A stretch of 32,000 bases of DNA from Pseudodesulfovibrio mercurii (GCF_000189295.2 NC_016803.1:3630001-3662000), one strand, 5' to 3'; counted from the first letter of the stretch, positions 1 through 7,875 are shown. Notes: generated by a model not told the origin, from the letters alone. A program made the numbers and translations.

Positions 1-1
1 C

Positions 2-580
2 GAGGCCGGCGCTTACGGCAAGGTCGGCGGGCACACCATGCTCGACACGACCACCAAGGTCGTCAACGGCGCCGCCGCGACCATCACGTACGGCACCTGC
101 GCCTCCTACGGCGGCGTGCAGAAGGCCGCCCCGAACCCGACCGCTGCCAAGGGCATCGGCGAACTGTTCCCGGGCAAGGCCATCATCAACGTGCCCGGCT
201 GCCCGCCGAACCCGTTCTCCCTGGTCGGCACCATCGTGCACTTCCTCACCAAGGGTGTTCCCGAGCTCGACGCCGTCGGCCGTCCGATCCCCTTCTACGG
301 CGAGACCGTGCACGACAACTGCCCGAGGCAGGCGCATTTCGACGCTGACGAATTCGCACCTTCCTTCGGTTCCGAAGAAGCCCGCAAGGGCTGGTGTCTG
401 CGTAAACTCGGTTGTCGTGGTCCCGAGACCTTCAACAACTGCCCCACGGTCAAGTTCAACCAGTACAACTGGCCTGTTCAGTCCGGCCATCCCTGCATCG
501 GCTGCTCGCAGCCCGATTTCTGGGACGGCGCCGACTGGGATGGCGAGACCTACTTCTACAGCGACCTGACCCAGCTCTAA
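2..580 (+). CDS. hynB: Periplasmic [NiFe] hydrogenase small subunit, C-terminal part (5' end lies outside the window)
   Basis: The frame of ORF 38..580 stays open back to the window edge ([17 protein letters not shown]...). Fe-S cluster motifs [27 protein letters not shown] and [14 protein letters not shown] are typical of group 1 small subunits. The large-subunit gene follows 65 nt downstream. Confidence 0.93.
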   Translation, partial: EAGAYGKVGGHTMLDTTTKVVNGAAATITYGTCASYGGVQKAAPNPTAAKGIGELFPGKAIINVPGCPPNPFSLVGTIVHFLTKGVPELDAVGRPIPFYGETVHDNCPRQAHFDADEFAPSFGSEEARKGWCLRKLGCRGPETFNNCPTVKFNQYNWPVQSGHPCIGCSQPDFWDGADWDGETYFYSDLTQL

Positions 581-645
581 TGGGTTGTCGCCAGGTTTCG
601 TTCAACTAACGCAGACTGAATCAGAATTCTTAAGGAGGATACAAT

Positions 646-2364
646 ATGTCTGGTTGCTCCCCCAAAGCCGCCCCGATGGCGCACGGGAAACACGACGTAG
701 TAGTTGATCCGGTCACCAGGATCGAGGGTCACCTGCGCATCGAGGCCGTGGTCGAAGATGGCAAAATCGTTGACGTCCGCAGCAGCTCCCAGCTGTTCCG
801 CGGTCTGGAGATCATCCTGAAAGGCCGTGATCCCCGCGATGCCCAGCACTTCACCCAGCGCTCCTGCGGCGTCTGCACCTACGTGCACGCGCTCGCTTCC
901 ATCCGTTGCGTCGACAACGCCGTCGGCGTGGACAAGGAACTGCCCCACAACGCCACCATCATCCGCAACCTGGTGATGGCCGCGCAGTTCATGCATGACC
1001 ATATCGTGCACTTCTATCACCTGCATGCCCTGGACTTCGTTGACGTCACCGGCTGTCTGTCCGCCGACGTCAGCAAGACCGCCGAAATCGCCGCCGCCGT
1101 CGCCAAGACCGTGCGCCCCGATCCCAAGATCGTCTCCTCCAAGGAAGACCTTCAGAAGACCAAGGACACCGTCAAGAGCATCGTCGACTCCGGCCGTCTG
1201 GGCATCTTCACCAACGCTTACTTCCTCGGCGGCCACCCGGCCTACGTCCTGCCGCCCGAGGTCAACCTGCTGGCCACCAACCACTACCTCAACGCCCTGC
1301 ACCTGCAGGTCAAGGCCGCCCGGGCCATGGCAGTGTTCGGCGCCAAGAACCCGCACACCCAGTTCACCGTCATGGGTGGCGTGACCTGCTACGAAGGCCT
1401 GACCGACAAGTACATCAATGACTTCCTGGCTCTGTACGCGGACATCAAGGACTTCATCCTCGACTGCTACATCCCGGACCTCATCGCCGTTGCCGGCTAC
1501 TACAAGGACTGGGCCAAGATCGGCGGCACCACCAACTTCATGAGCTTCGGCGAATACCCGGCTCAGGGTGGCGAGGCCGACCTGAACTCCCGGTACATCA
1601 AACCCGGCGTCATCTTCGACCGCAAGATCACCGACGTCATGGCCTTTGATCCGACCAAGATCGAAGAGCACGTCAAGCACTCCTGGTACAAGGACGACAC
1701 GCCCAAGCATCCCTACGCCGGCGTCACCGATCCCATGTACACCAGCCTGGACGACAAGGCGAAGTACTCCTGGATGAAGGCTCCCCGCTACGACGGCAGA
1801 GCCACCGAGGTCGGCCCCCTGGCCACCTGTCTGGTCAACTACGGCCTGGGTCATCCCGAGTTCGTCAAGTACGTCAACTTCGTGCTCGGCAAACTGGAAG
1901 TCGGCCCGGATGCCCTGTTCTCGACCCTGGGCCGCACCGGCGCCCGCGGTATCGAGTGCCTGATCACCTGCCTGAAGACCGAAGACATGGTCAACGATCT
2001 GAAGGAGAACATCGCCAAGGGCAACCTCGACATCTGCAAGGATTGGGACATGCCCTCCGAGGCGCAGGGCGTCGGCTTCGTCAACGCCCCCCGCGGCGGC
2101 CTGAGCCACTGGATGAGCATCAAGGGCGGCAAGATCGACAACTTCCAGCTCGTGGTCCCGTCCACCTGGAACCTCGGTCCCCGCTGCGACAACAACATCC
2201 CCGGCCCGACCGAAGAGGCCCTGCTGGACAACACCCCGATCGCCGATCCGGAACGCCCGGTCGAGATCCTGCGTACCGTCCACTCCTATGACCCCTGCAT
2301 CGCCTGCGGCGTGCATGTCATTGATAACAAGACCGGTAACGTCAAGAAGTTCCGCGTCCTGTAA
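646..2364 (+). CDS. hynA: [NiFe] hydrogenase large subunit (572 aa)
   Basis: SD aaggagga lies 7-14 nt upstream of the ATG. N-terminal motifs are PVTRIEGH and RSCGVCTYVH. The C-terminal Ni-binding motif DPCIACGVH is followed by a 15-aa extension (VIDNKTGNVKKFRVL), the usual substrate of the maturation endopeptidase. The first Cys codon of the C-terminal motif is TGC, not TGA, so this is a Cys enzyme, not a Sec enzyme. Confidence 0.97.
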   Translation: MSGCSPKAAPMAHGKHDVVVDPVTRIEGHLRIEAVVEDGKIVDVRSSSQLFRGLEIILKGRDPRDAQHFTQRSCGVCTYVHALASIRCVDNAVGVDKELPHNATIIRNLVMAAQFMHDHIVHFYHLHALDFVDVTGCLSADVSKTAEIAAAVAKTVRPDPKIVSSKEDLQKTKDTVKSIVDSGRLGIFTNAYFLGGHPAYVLPPEVNLLATNHYLNALHLQVKAARAMAVFGAKNPHTQFTVMGGVTCYEGLTDKYINDFLALYADIKDFILDCYIPDLIAVAGYYKDWAKIGGTTNFMSFGEYPAQGGEADLNSRYIKPGVIFDRKITDVMAFDPTKIEEHVKHSWYKDDTPKHPYAGVTDPMYTSLDDKAKYSWMKAPRYDGRATEVGPLATCLVNYGLGHPEFVKYVNFVLGKLEVGPDALFSTLGRTGARGIECLITCLKTEDMVNDLKENIAKGNLDICKDWDMPSEAQGVGFVNAPRGGLSHWMSIKGGKIDNFQLVVPSTWNLGPRCDNNIPGPTEEALLDNTPIADPERPVEILRTVHSYDPCIACGVHVIDNKTGNVKKFRVL

Positions 2365-2392
2365 TTGCGCAGGCGCGAACGCGCGAAAAAAT

Positions 2393-2424
2393 AGAGGCCC
2401 GGCTTATGCCGGGCCTCTTTTTTT
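2393..2424 (+). terminator. Rho-independent terminator of the hydrogenase operon
   Basis: Perfect 11-bp stem agaggcccggc / gccgggcctct (2393..2403 and 2408..2418), loop ttat, then a T-run to 2424. Confidence 0.85.
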
Positions 2425-2438
2425 CGGGCTTGCGCCTG

Positions 2439-2573
2439 CGGGCGGCGGCTTCGGATGGCGGGCCATCCGCACATTTGCCGCTTCGGGCGGCGGCTTCGGA
2501 TGGCGGGCCATCCGCACATTTGCCGCTTCGGGCGGCGGCTTCGGATAGCGGGCCATCCGCACATTTTCCGAGG
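2439..2573. repeat. 45-bp tandem repeat, 3 copies (third copy diverged at its 3' end)
   Basis: Copies at 2439..2483, 2484..2528 and 2529..2573. The unit is cgggcggcggcttcggatggcgggccatccgcacatttgccgctt. Copies 1 and 2 are identical. Copy 3 has gatagcg and ends ttttccgagg. Each unit holds a small hairpin, cggatgg-cggg-ccatccg. There are no spacers between copies. Confidence 0.9.
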
Positions 2574-2630
2574 GGGGATTTGATCCTCACGTAGGGGGGC
2601 TACGCTGCGGTCAAATCCCCCCTCGGAAAA
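2564..2630. repeat. Perfect 20-bp inverted repeat (long hairpin) next to the tandem array
   Basis: ttttccgaggggggatttga (2564..2583) is the exact reverse complement of tcaaatcccccctcggaaaa (2611..2630). The loop is 27 nt. The left arm overlaps the end of repeat copy 3. Confidence 0.88.
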
Positions 2631-2723
2631 TGCACGGCTGACCCACTCTGCGAAGCCTCGATCCGTGCGGGATCGGGGGTGGGGAGGGGCGCGGGAGGGG
2701 GGCTGGCGGGAGGCCGTGCGGTC

Positions 2724-2906
2724 GCGTCGCTGTTGGGTGGCTGCGCCGCCCAAGGCGCTTGAGATGTCGAGGGGGGAGTGGTGCGCGAGCGTCGCTGTCG
2801 GGCGGCTGCGCCACCCGAATCGCTGGGGCGTCGTGAAGAGATGGGGGGCGATGGGGTGGTGCGGGTGCGTCGTTGTCGGGCGGCTGCGCCGCCCGAATCG
2901 CTAGGG
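2724..2906. repeat. Three degenerate direct repeats (period 65-78 bp), each with a gggcggc-tgc-gccgccc hairpin; G-rich strand bias
   Basis: Cores start at about 2724 (gcgtcgctgttgggtggctgcgccgcccaaggcgct), 2789 (gcgtcgctgtcgggcggctgcgccacccgaatcgct) and 2867 (gcgtcgttgtcgggcggctgcgccgcccgaatcgct). Flanking runs such as gggggtggggaggggcgcgggagggggg (2666..2700) lie on the + strand. No frame looks coding. Confidence 0.75.
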
Positions 2907-2985
2907 GCGGCGAAGGGGGAATGACGGCATCTGGTTGGGGGGGCGGGTTTGACCTTTGGGTGGTTGGTGGGCTAGGGGTTGGGGT

Positions 2986-3498
2986 ATGCGGAGAGGAGAG
3001 AAACTTGGCGTGGTGGGGCGCGGGGTGCGGTATGTGAAGGCCGCGCCGTGGCCGTATGTGACCGGGAGCGGGGCGCTTTTGCTCGCCCTTGGGCTGAAGG
3101 GAGCCGGGGTGGCCCATTGGTCGGCCGGGAATGCGGCGGCCGGTGTTGCCCTGGGCTGGTGGGGGGGGTGCTGGCTGGTGGTCGCCTTCTTCGCCCTGGC
3201 CGACGGCGTGTCGCGGCATCGGGAGTACCGCCGGATCAAGGGGATGCTCCTGCGCTACGGGTTCAGCGAGCGCATCCTGCGGCCGCTTGCACGGTCGCGC
3301 TGCCAGCGGGACGCCGCCCTGCACGCGGCCCGGGAGACCGGGCATCTGGACCGCGCCCGGGCCTACTTCCACGGGCTCGGCTACCGCTGGTACCACATCC
3401 TGCCGGACCTGGTGGTCCGCAACCCGCTGGCCTTCGCCAGCCCGACTTTTCTGCGCACCTCGTTCCTGCCCGGCCGGAAGCGGCGCGTCCGGCCGTAA
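2986..3498 (+). CDS. Hypothetical membrane protein (about 170 aa, start uncertain)
   Basis: The frame of ORF 2956..3498 has strongly G/C-ending codons and a normal amino-acid mix. Two hydrophobic segments are present (GALLLALGLKGAGV and GVALGWWGGCWLVVAFFALA). The competing frame 2979.. is Arg/Pro/Gly-rich, as off-frame sequence usually is. ATG at 2986; the upstream ATG at 2956 lies inside the G-rich repeat region. No family recognised. Confidence 0.55.
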   Translation: MRRGEKLGVVGRGVRYVKAAPWPYVTGSGALLLALGLKGAGVAHWSAGNAAAGVALGWWGGCWLVVAFFALADGVSRHREYRRIKGMLLRYGFSERILRPLARSRCQRDAALHAARETGHLDRARAYFHGLGYRWYHILPDLVVRNPLAFASPTFLRTSFLPGRKRRVRP

Positions 3499-3518
3499 CG
3501 ACCTCGCTGGAGAGCAAC

Positions 3519-3848
3519 ATGGGATACGTCTATCTGGCCCTGGCCATCGTCTGCGAAGTCATCGGCACCACCGCGCTCCAGGCGAGCGACGGGTTCACCC
3601 GCCTCGGCCCGTCCGCCGTGGTGGTGGCCGGGTACGGGCTGGCCTTCTTCCTCCTGGCCCTGGTCCTGCGGACCATCCCCATGGGCGTGGCCTACGCCAT
3701 CTGGGCGGGGCTCGGCATCGTGCTCATCGGCCTGGCCGGGGTGGTCGTCTACAAGCAGTCCCTGGACCTTCCGGCCATGCTCGGCATGGGCCTGATCGTG
3801 GCCGGGGTGGCGGTCATCAACATCTTTTCCAAGACCGTGAGCCACTAA
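3519..3848 (+). CDS. SMR-family small multidrug resistance efflux protein (109 aa)
   Basis: MGYVYLALAIVCEVIGTTALQASDGF... carries the conserved membrane Glu (CEV) and four TM segments typical of EmrE/SugE-like proteins. SD ggagag sits upstream. It starts 20 nt after the preceding ORF. Confidence 0.9.
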   Translation: MGYVYLALAIVCEVIGTTALQASDGFTRLGPSAVVVAGYGLAFFLLALVLRTIPMGVAYAIWAGLGIVLIGLAGVVVYKQSLDLPAMLGMGLIVAGVAVINIFSKTVSH

Positions 3849-3867
3849 CTTCCGCACCCGGCACGCA

Positions 3868-3901
3868 AAAAGGCCCGGAACGGTTTCGTTCCGGGCCTTT
3901 T
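3868..3901. terminator. Bidirectional terminator hairpin between convergent genes
   Basis: aaaaggcccggaacg (3868..3882), loop gttt, cgttccgggcctttt (3887..3901). An A-run on one side and a T-run on the other give a U-tract on both strands. Confidence 0.8.
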
Positions 3902-3929
3902 CGCGCGTCCGACGGGACGGCTGGGACGG

Positions 3930-4187
3930 CTAGAGCATCTCGTGTTGATAGTTCTCGCCGCCCAGGAGTTCGACCATGTCGCGGAGGATCTTGAGGCTTT
4001 CCTCCGCCTCCTTGGGGTCGAGCTTGCGCAGGGCGAACCCGGCGTGGATGATGATGTAGTCGCCGATGTGCACGTCCTCGTCCATGAGCATGATGGACGC
4101 CTGGACCGTGGTGTCGCCTTCGCCCACCTTGCAGGTGGCGACGCCGTCACTGATTTCAAGAATTTCTGCTGGTATCGCGAGGCACAT
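3930..4187 (-). CDS. hypC: HypC/HupF-family hydrogenase assembly chaperone (85 aa)
   Basis: It starts MCLAIPAEILEI..., the invariant MCL(A/G)IP N-terminus of HypC. SD ggagaag is upstream. The longer track ORF (to 4256) is an artefactual 5' extension. Confidence 0.9.
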   Translation of the reverse strand: MCLAIPAEILEISDGVATCKVGEGDTTVQASIMLMDEDVHIGDYIIIHAGFALRKLDPKEAEESLKILRDMVELLGGENYQHEML

Positions 4188-4710
4188 AGATCTTCTCCGT
4201 TGCGGGGTTCTTGTCCGTCCGAAGGGCGTAGGAGCCGCCCGCGCGCTCCACTTCATCGAGGACCAGGGCTTCCATCTGCGGCAGCCGGGCCGTGAGCTCC
4301 GGGGACAGGGCGGCGGACATGTCGTGGTAGTTGACCGGCTCGATGCCGAAGAGAACCACCTCGTCCGGGACGTTTCCGATGATGCTACACTGGGCCAGCG
4401 TATCGAGCAAGTCGGTCTGGTGCAGGGAATTCTTGAAGGCGCACGCCTTGTTCAAATCCTCGCCCAGCAGGCGGAATATCTCGCCCGGCTCGCCGTCGTT
4501 GAGCACGATGTCCACGATGATCAGGTAGTCCGACTCCATGATCGGGCCCATGAGCTTGAGTCCCAGGGTGCCGCCGTCGAGCACGGTGACGTTGTCGGAA
4601 AACTGGTATTTCTGCTCCAGATCCTCGGCCACCCGGACGCCGAAGCCTTCGTCGGTGAACAGGATGTTGCCGACGCCCAGGATGAGAATGCGTGTATCTT
4701 TTTCAGGCAT
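4156..4710 (-). CDS. hynC: Hydrogenase maturation endopeptidase (HyaD/HybD/HynC family, about 184 aa)
   Basis: ILILGVGNILFTDEGFGV..., VLDGGT and H-Q-T-D are characteristic of the Ni-dependent C-terminal processing protease. ATG at 4710 is preferred over GTG at 4719. It overlaps hypC by 32 nt. Confidence 0.9.
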   Translation of the reverse strand: MPEKDTRILILGVGNILFTDEGFGVRVAEDLEQKYQFSDNVTVLDGGTLGLKLMGPIMESDYLIIVDIVLNDGEPGEIFRLLGEDLNKACAFKNSLHQTDLLDTLAQCSIIGNVPDEVVLFGIEPVNYHDMSAALSPELTARLPQMEALVLDEVERAGGSYALRTDKNPATEKIYVPRDTSRNS

Positions 4711-4848
4711 GGCTTTCACTTAGTAGAGAGCCAAGGTTTTCGCAAGGTCTAAAACGGAAAACCATGCCCGAACCGGGCCCGAAACGCCGTTCGGGGCCGG
4801 ACGCGCGGCCCGTTCGTCGCCTCTTCAGCGTGTGGCCCGGCCGCCTCC

Positions 4849-5934
4849 TCAGCGCGTGGCGTAATAGAGGGAGCTGACCTGGCCGCCAGGCAGGTTCTGG
4901 TGGGACTCCACGTGCAGGATGCGTCCGCCCGCCGAGGCCACCACCCGCTCCACGGTCTCCACCGGAATGGCGTGGGTCTCGCTGTAGGGCCGTTGGGCCG
5001 CCAGGGCCGCACCCTGGGTCCCGCTCGTGGCGGGAAGGACCAGGACCGCGACCGAACACTGCGCCTCTTCGGGGGCGGCCAGGGAGCATCCCCGGTAATC
5101 CAGGGCCGTGAGGGCCAGGGCGTAGTTGCCGGGCGCGGCCGGGGAGGCGGCCCGGTAGTCCATGTCCAGGGACTCGCCCGGTCCGAGCACCGTGCCGGGC
5201 AGGTTCATGCGGCCGTGGTTCTGGGCCAGCTCGTCGGTGTCGAGGTTGTACCAGTGATGGATCAGGCGCACGGGCGCGTTGGTCCGCTTGTCCATGCCGA
5301 TGGAGTGCGCGCCGGTATTGGTCACGCGCACGGGCACGGTCAGCCGGGTGCCGTGCTCCATGGACAGGGGGCCGGGGCCGGTGGACAGGGCGCACGACAC
5401 GCCCTCCTCGGGATAGGCGTAGACCGCCGGGGCGCTGGGACAGTGGAAGGCGGCCAGGCCGCCGGGCTTGAGCACGCGGAGGAACTCGGCGATGTAACGG
5501 ATCGCCACCTCGGGCCGGATGTGCTGGAGTACGTGGGCGGTGTGGACCATGTCGAAGCTTCCGTTCGGGAACAGGCCGAGGTCGTCGGTCTCGTTGAGGC
5601 GATACACGCAGCGCGCGCCGAACCGGTTGTACTCCTTGGCCCTGGCGATCATGGACGGGGCGATGTCCACGCCCACGCAGGTCTTGAAATGGTCGCACAG
5701 GGGCTGCGTCAATCTTCCGACTCCGCAGCCGAAGTCCAGGGCGGCCCCCCGGCCCGCAGGCAGGCCGTTGGTTTCCATCCACTGGACGATGCGCGCCACG
5801 TAGCGCGTGCCGGTTTCAAAAAACTCCTGGACATCCCAGCCGTTATCCACCTTGTCGGGCTGTGAGGCCACGGCCCACAGGGGGTCTTCCCGGCCGAAGG
5901 TGTTCCAGTTCCGTTGCAGTTCCTGCAGGTACAC
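4849..5934 (-). CDS. Class I SAM-dependent methyltransferase fused to a C-terminal beta-sandwich-like domain (361 aa)
   Basis: SAM motif I is ALDFGCGVGRL and a post-I acidic motif is GVDIAP. GTG start has SD aaggag 7 nt upstream. The C-terminal half (TRLTVPVRVTNTGAHSI...PGESLDMDY...PGNYALALTAL) resembles CARDB/Ig-like folds by pattern only. Confidence 0.85.
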   Translation of the reverse strand: MYLQELQRNWNTFGREDPLWAVASQPDKVDNGWDVQEFFETGTRYVARIVQWMETNGLPAGRGAALDFGCGVGRLTQPLCDHFKTCVGVDIAPSMIARAKEYNRFGARCVYRLNETDDLGLFPNGSFDMVHTAHVLQHIRPEVAIRYIAEFLRVLKPGGLAAFHCPSAPAVYAYPEEGVSCALSTGPGPLSMEHGTRLTVPVRVTNTGAHSIGMDKRTNAPVRLIHHWYNLDTDELAQNHGRMNLPGTVLGPGESLDMDYRAASPAAPGNYALALTALDYRGCSLAAPEEAQCSVAVLVLPATSGTQGAALAAQRPYSETHAIPVETVERVVASAGGRILHVESHQNLPGGQVSSLYYATR

Positions 5935-5987
5935 GGTCGCGCTCCTTTACGCCCGGCGGATCGTTTCGCGGGCGTCCGGAAAAGGAT

Positions 5988-6003
5988 TGCACGACCCATG
6001 CCA
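5988..6003 (-). promoter_or_regulatory. Candidate sigma54 (-24/-12) promoter for the methyltransferase gene
   Basis: The minus strand reads TGGCAT-GGGTC-GTGCA, against consensus TGGCAC-N5-TTGCW. GG and GC have the required 10-nt spacing. The -12 element is about 55 nt upstream of the GTG at 5934. Confidence 0.45.
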
Positions 6004-6043
6004 CGGGCGGAGCGGAGTGAGATGTGGTGGGAGAAAGCGCGGC

Positions 6044-6073
6044 GCGGGCCGGGACGCGATAGTCCCGGCCCGC
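6044..6073 (-). terminator. Possible terminator hairpin downstream of the TPP-enzyme gene
   Basis: Perfect 12-bp stem gcgggccgggac / gtcccggcccgc with a 6-nt loop, 13 nt past the stop at 6086. The downstream tract on the minus strand (gccgcgctttctcc) is only weakly U-rich. Confidence 0.4.
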
Positions 6074-6085
6074 TTCGCGGAGCGG

Positions 6086-7678
6086 CTAGAGGACGGCCTC
6101 GATGAGCCGGGGGCCCTTGGCGCTCAGGGCGGCGCGCAGGGCGTCGGCGAACCCCTGGGTGGTCTCGGCGCGCACGGCCTCTACGCCCAAGCCTTCGGCG
6201 ATGCGCACCCAGTCCAGGGACGGGTTGTGCAGGTCCAGGAGGGCCAGGGCCTTGTCGCCCTTGGACGCGGCCCGGACCAGCTTGAGTTCCTGGTTGAGGA
6301 CGGCGTAGGAGCGGTTGGCGTAGAGCACGGTGACCACGTCCAGGTTCTCGCGGGCCTGGGTCCACAGGGACTGCACCGTGTACATGGCGCTGCCGTCGCC
6401 CTCGAGGCAGACCACCTTGCGGTCCGGCGCGGCCACGGCGGCCCCGGTGGAGAGCGGCAGGATGCCGCCGATGGAGCCGCCGGTCAGGGCCAGGTAGTCG
6501 TGGGGCGCGGCCTGGGCGAGCATGTTGGCGTAGGGCAGGGTGGAGGTGATGCCTTCGTCCGTGACGATGGCGTTCTCGGGCAGCAGGGCGGCCACGATGC
6601 GCATGGCGGCCTCGGCGGTCAGCGGGCCGTCGGCGGGCAGGCTGGGCGGGGCGAGCTCGACCATGGGGCAGTCGGGCGCGGCGTCCACCGCCTCGGCCAG
6701 GCGGATGAGCGCGCTGTTGCCGTCCTCGCTGGCGTGGGCCAGGGTCAGGATGGCGCAGTGGGGCGGGGTCAGCCAGCTCTCCTGGCCGGGATAGGCGAAG
6801 AAGGAGACCGGCGACTCGGCCCCGACCAGCAGGAGCTGCTCGAATTCGTCGAGCCGGGCCAGGACGTCCTTGCCCCGGTAGGGCAGCCGCTCGACCACGG
6901 GCGCGCCCGCGCCGGAGCGCATGCGCGGGGTGAAGGTGTCGCAGAACAGGGTGGCCCCGGTCTTGGCCGCAACGCACCCGGCGGCATTGAGGCCGTCGCC
7001 GTAGAGCACGGCCCCGCGCAGGAGGATGGCGGTCTTCTTGCCATTGGTCAGGGCCTTGGCGGCGCCCTCGATGGCGTCCTGGTACACGGGCGCGGGGCCG
7101 GGCGCTTCCAGTCCGGGCGCGGGCCGCTCGGCCGGGAGCCAGGCCGTGTCCGCGGGCAGGATCAGGGTGGCCACCTGACCCGGGGCCACGCGCGCGGCGC
7201 GGACCGCCTCGGCCGCGTCCAGGGCCACGCTGCGGGCGCTGCGCGGACGGCGTACCCAGTGGGAGATGGCCTCGGCGAAGCCGACCACGTTGGAGGTCAG
7301 GGGCGCGTCGTAACGCTCGTGGTAGGTGGCGTGGTCGCCGACGATGTTGACCACCGGGGACTGGCCCTTGCGGGCGTTGTGCAGGTTGGCCATGCCGTTG
7401 GCGAAGCCGGGGCCGAGGTGGAGCAGGGTGCAGGCGGGCTTGCCGGTCATGCGCGCGTAGCCGTCGGCCGCGCCCGTGGCCACGCCCTCGAACAGGCAGA
7501 GGACCGCGCGCATGCCGGGGATGCGGTCCAGGGCGGAGACGAAGTGCATCTCCGAGGTGCCGGGGTTGGCGAAGCAGACCTCCACGCCGCTGTTGACCAG
7601 CGTGGCGACCAGGCTGTCCGCGCCGTTGCATTCCATGCATTGGCCGGTTTCGGTGATTTCGGGGGTATGTTGAGGCAT
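6086..7678 (-). CDS. Thiamine-pyrophosphate-dependent enzyme, acetolactate synthase / benzoylformate decarboxylase family (530 aa)
   Basis: N-terminal TPP pyrimidine-binding pattern is FANPGTSEMHF...GAADGYAR...LHLGPG. The C-terminal TPP motif is GDGSAMY...N. SD aaggag lies 7 nt upstream of the ATG at 7678. Substrate specificity cannot be read from the sequence. Confidence 0.85.
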   Translation of the reverse strand: MPQHTPEITETGQCMECNGADSLVATLVNSGVEVCFANPGTSEMHFVSALDRIPGMRAVLCLFEGVATGAADGYARMTGKPACTLLHLGPGFANGMANLHNARKGQSPVVNIVGDHATYHERYDAPLTSNVVGFAEAISHWVRRPRSARSVALDAAEAVRAARVAPGQVATLILPADTAWLPAERPAPGLEAPGPAPVYQDAIEGAAKALTNGKKTAILLRGAVLYGDGLNAAGCVAAKTGATLFCDTFTPRMRSGAGAPVVERLPYRGKDVLARLDEFEQLLLVGAESPVSFFAYPGQESWLTPPHCAILTLAHASEDGNSALIRLAEAVDAAPDCPMVELAPPSLPADGPLTAEAAMRIVAALLPENAIVTDEGITSTLPYANMLAQAAPHDYLALTGGSIGGILPLSTGAAVAAPDRKVVCLEGDGSAMYTVQSLWTQARENLDVVTVLYANRSYAVLNQELKLVRAASKGDKALALLDLHNPSLDWVRIAEGLGVEAVRAETTQGFADALRAALSAKGPRLIEAVL

Positions 7679-7875
7679 GTGGCGACTCCTTGGTTCAGGG
7701 TGTTGCGGAGTATGGTGTCCGGGCGGGGCCGGAGGCGTGTGTCCGAAGGGTCAGGCGTCCCGGAGCCGGGACGGGCGATCTCTGGCGGGCGGGGGCCCGG
7801 CGGAAAACGGTTTCCGCCATGAAAGAGGGTAGCCAAGGGAGCGACGGGGGTCAAGCCGGGCACGGGCCGCCCAAG

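Noticed and set aside
2281-2310. Possible selenocysteine ([NiFeSe]) hydrogenase
   Set aside because: The first Cys codon of DPCIACGVH is TGC, not TGA. The N-terminal motif RSCGVCTYVH is the standard [NiFe] type. No in-frame TGA interrupts the gene.
577-2316. 579-aa ORF antisense to the hydrogenase large subunit
   Set aside because: It is the mirror frame of a clearly identified gene. The translation is Gly/Ala/Val/Asp-rich low complexity, typical of antisense ORFs in high-GC DNA.
2439-2573. The 45-bp tandem repeats might be a CRISPR array
   Set aside because: The copies are directly adjacent with no spacers, there are only three of them, and no cas genes are in the window. This is a plain tandem repeat.
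5709-7822. 643-aa (minus) and 671-aa (plus) ORFs overlapping the TPP-enzyme gene; similar long ORFs at 10626..12506, 10756..12183, 14320..15855, 18751..20187 and 19695..22106
   Set aside because: These are off-frame or antisense to genes with clear family motifs. Their translations are dominated by Arg, Pro, Gly and Ala, with no motifs.
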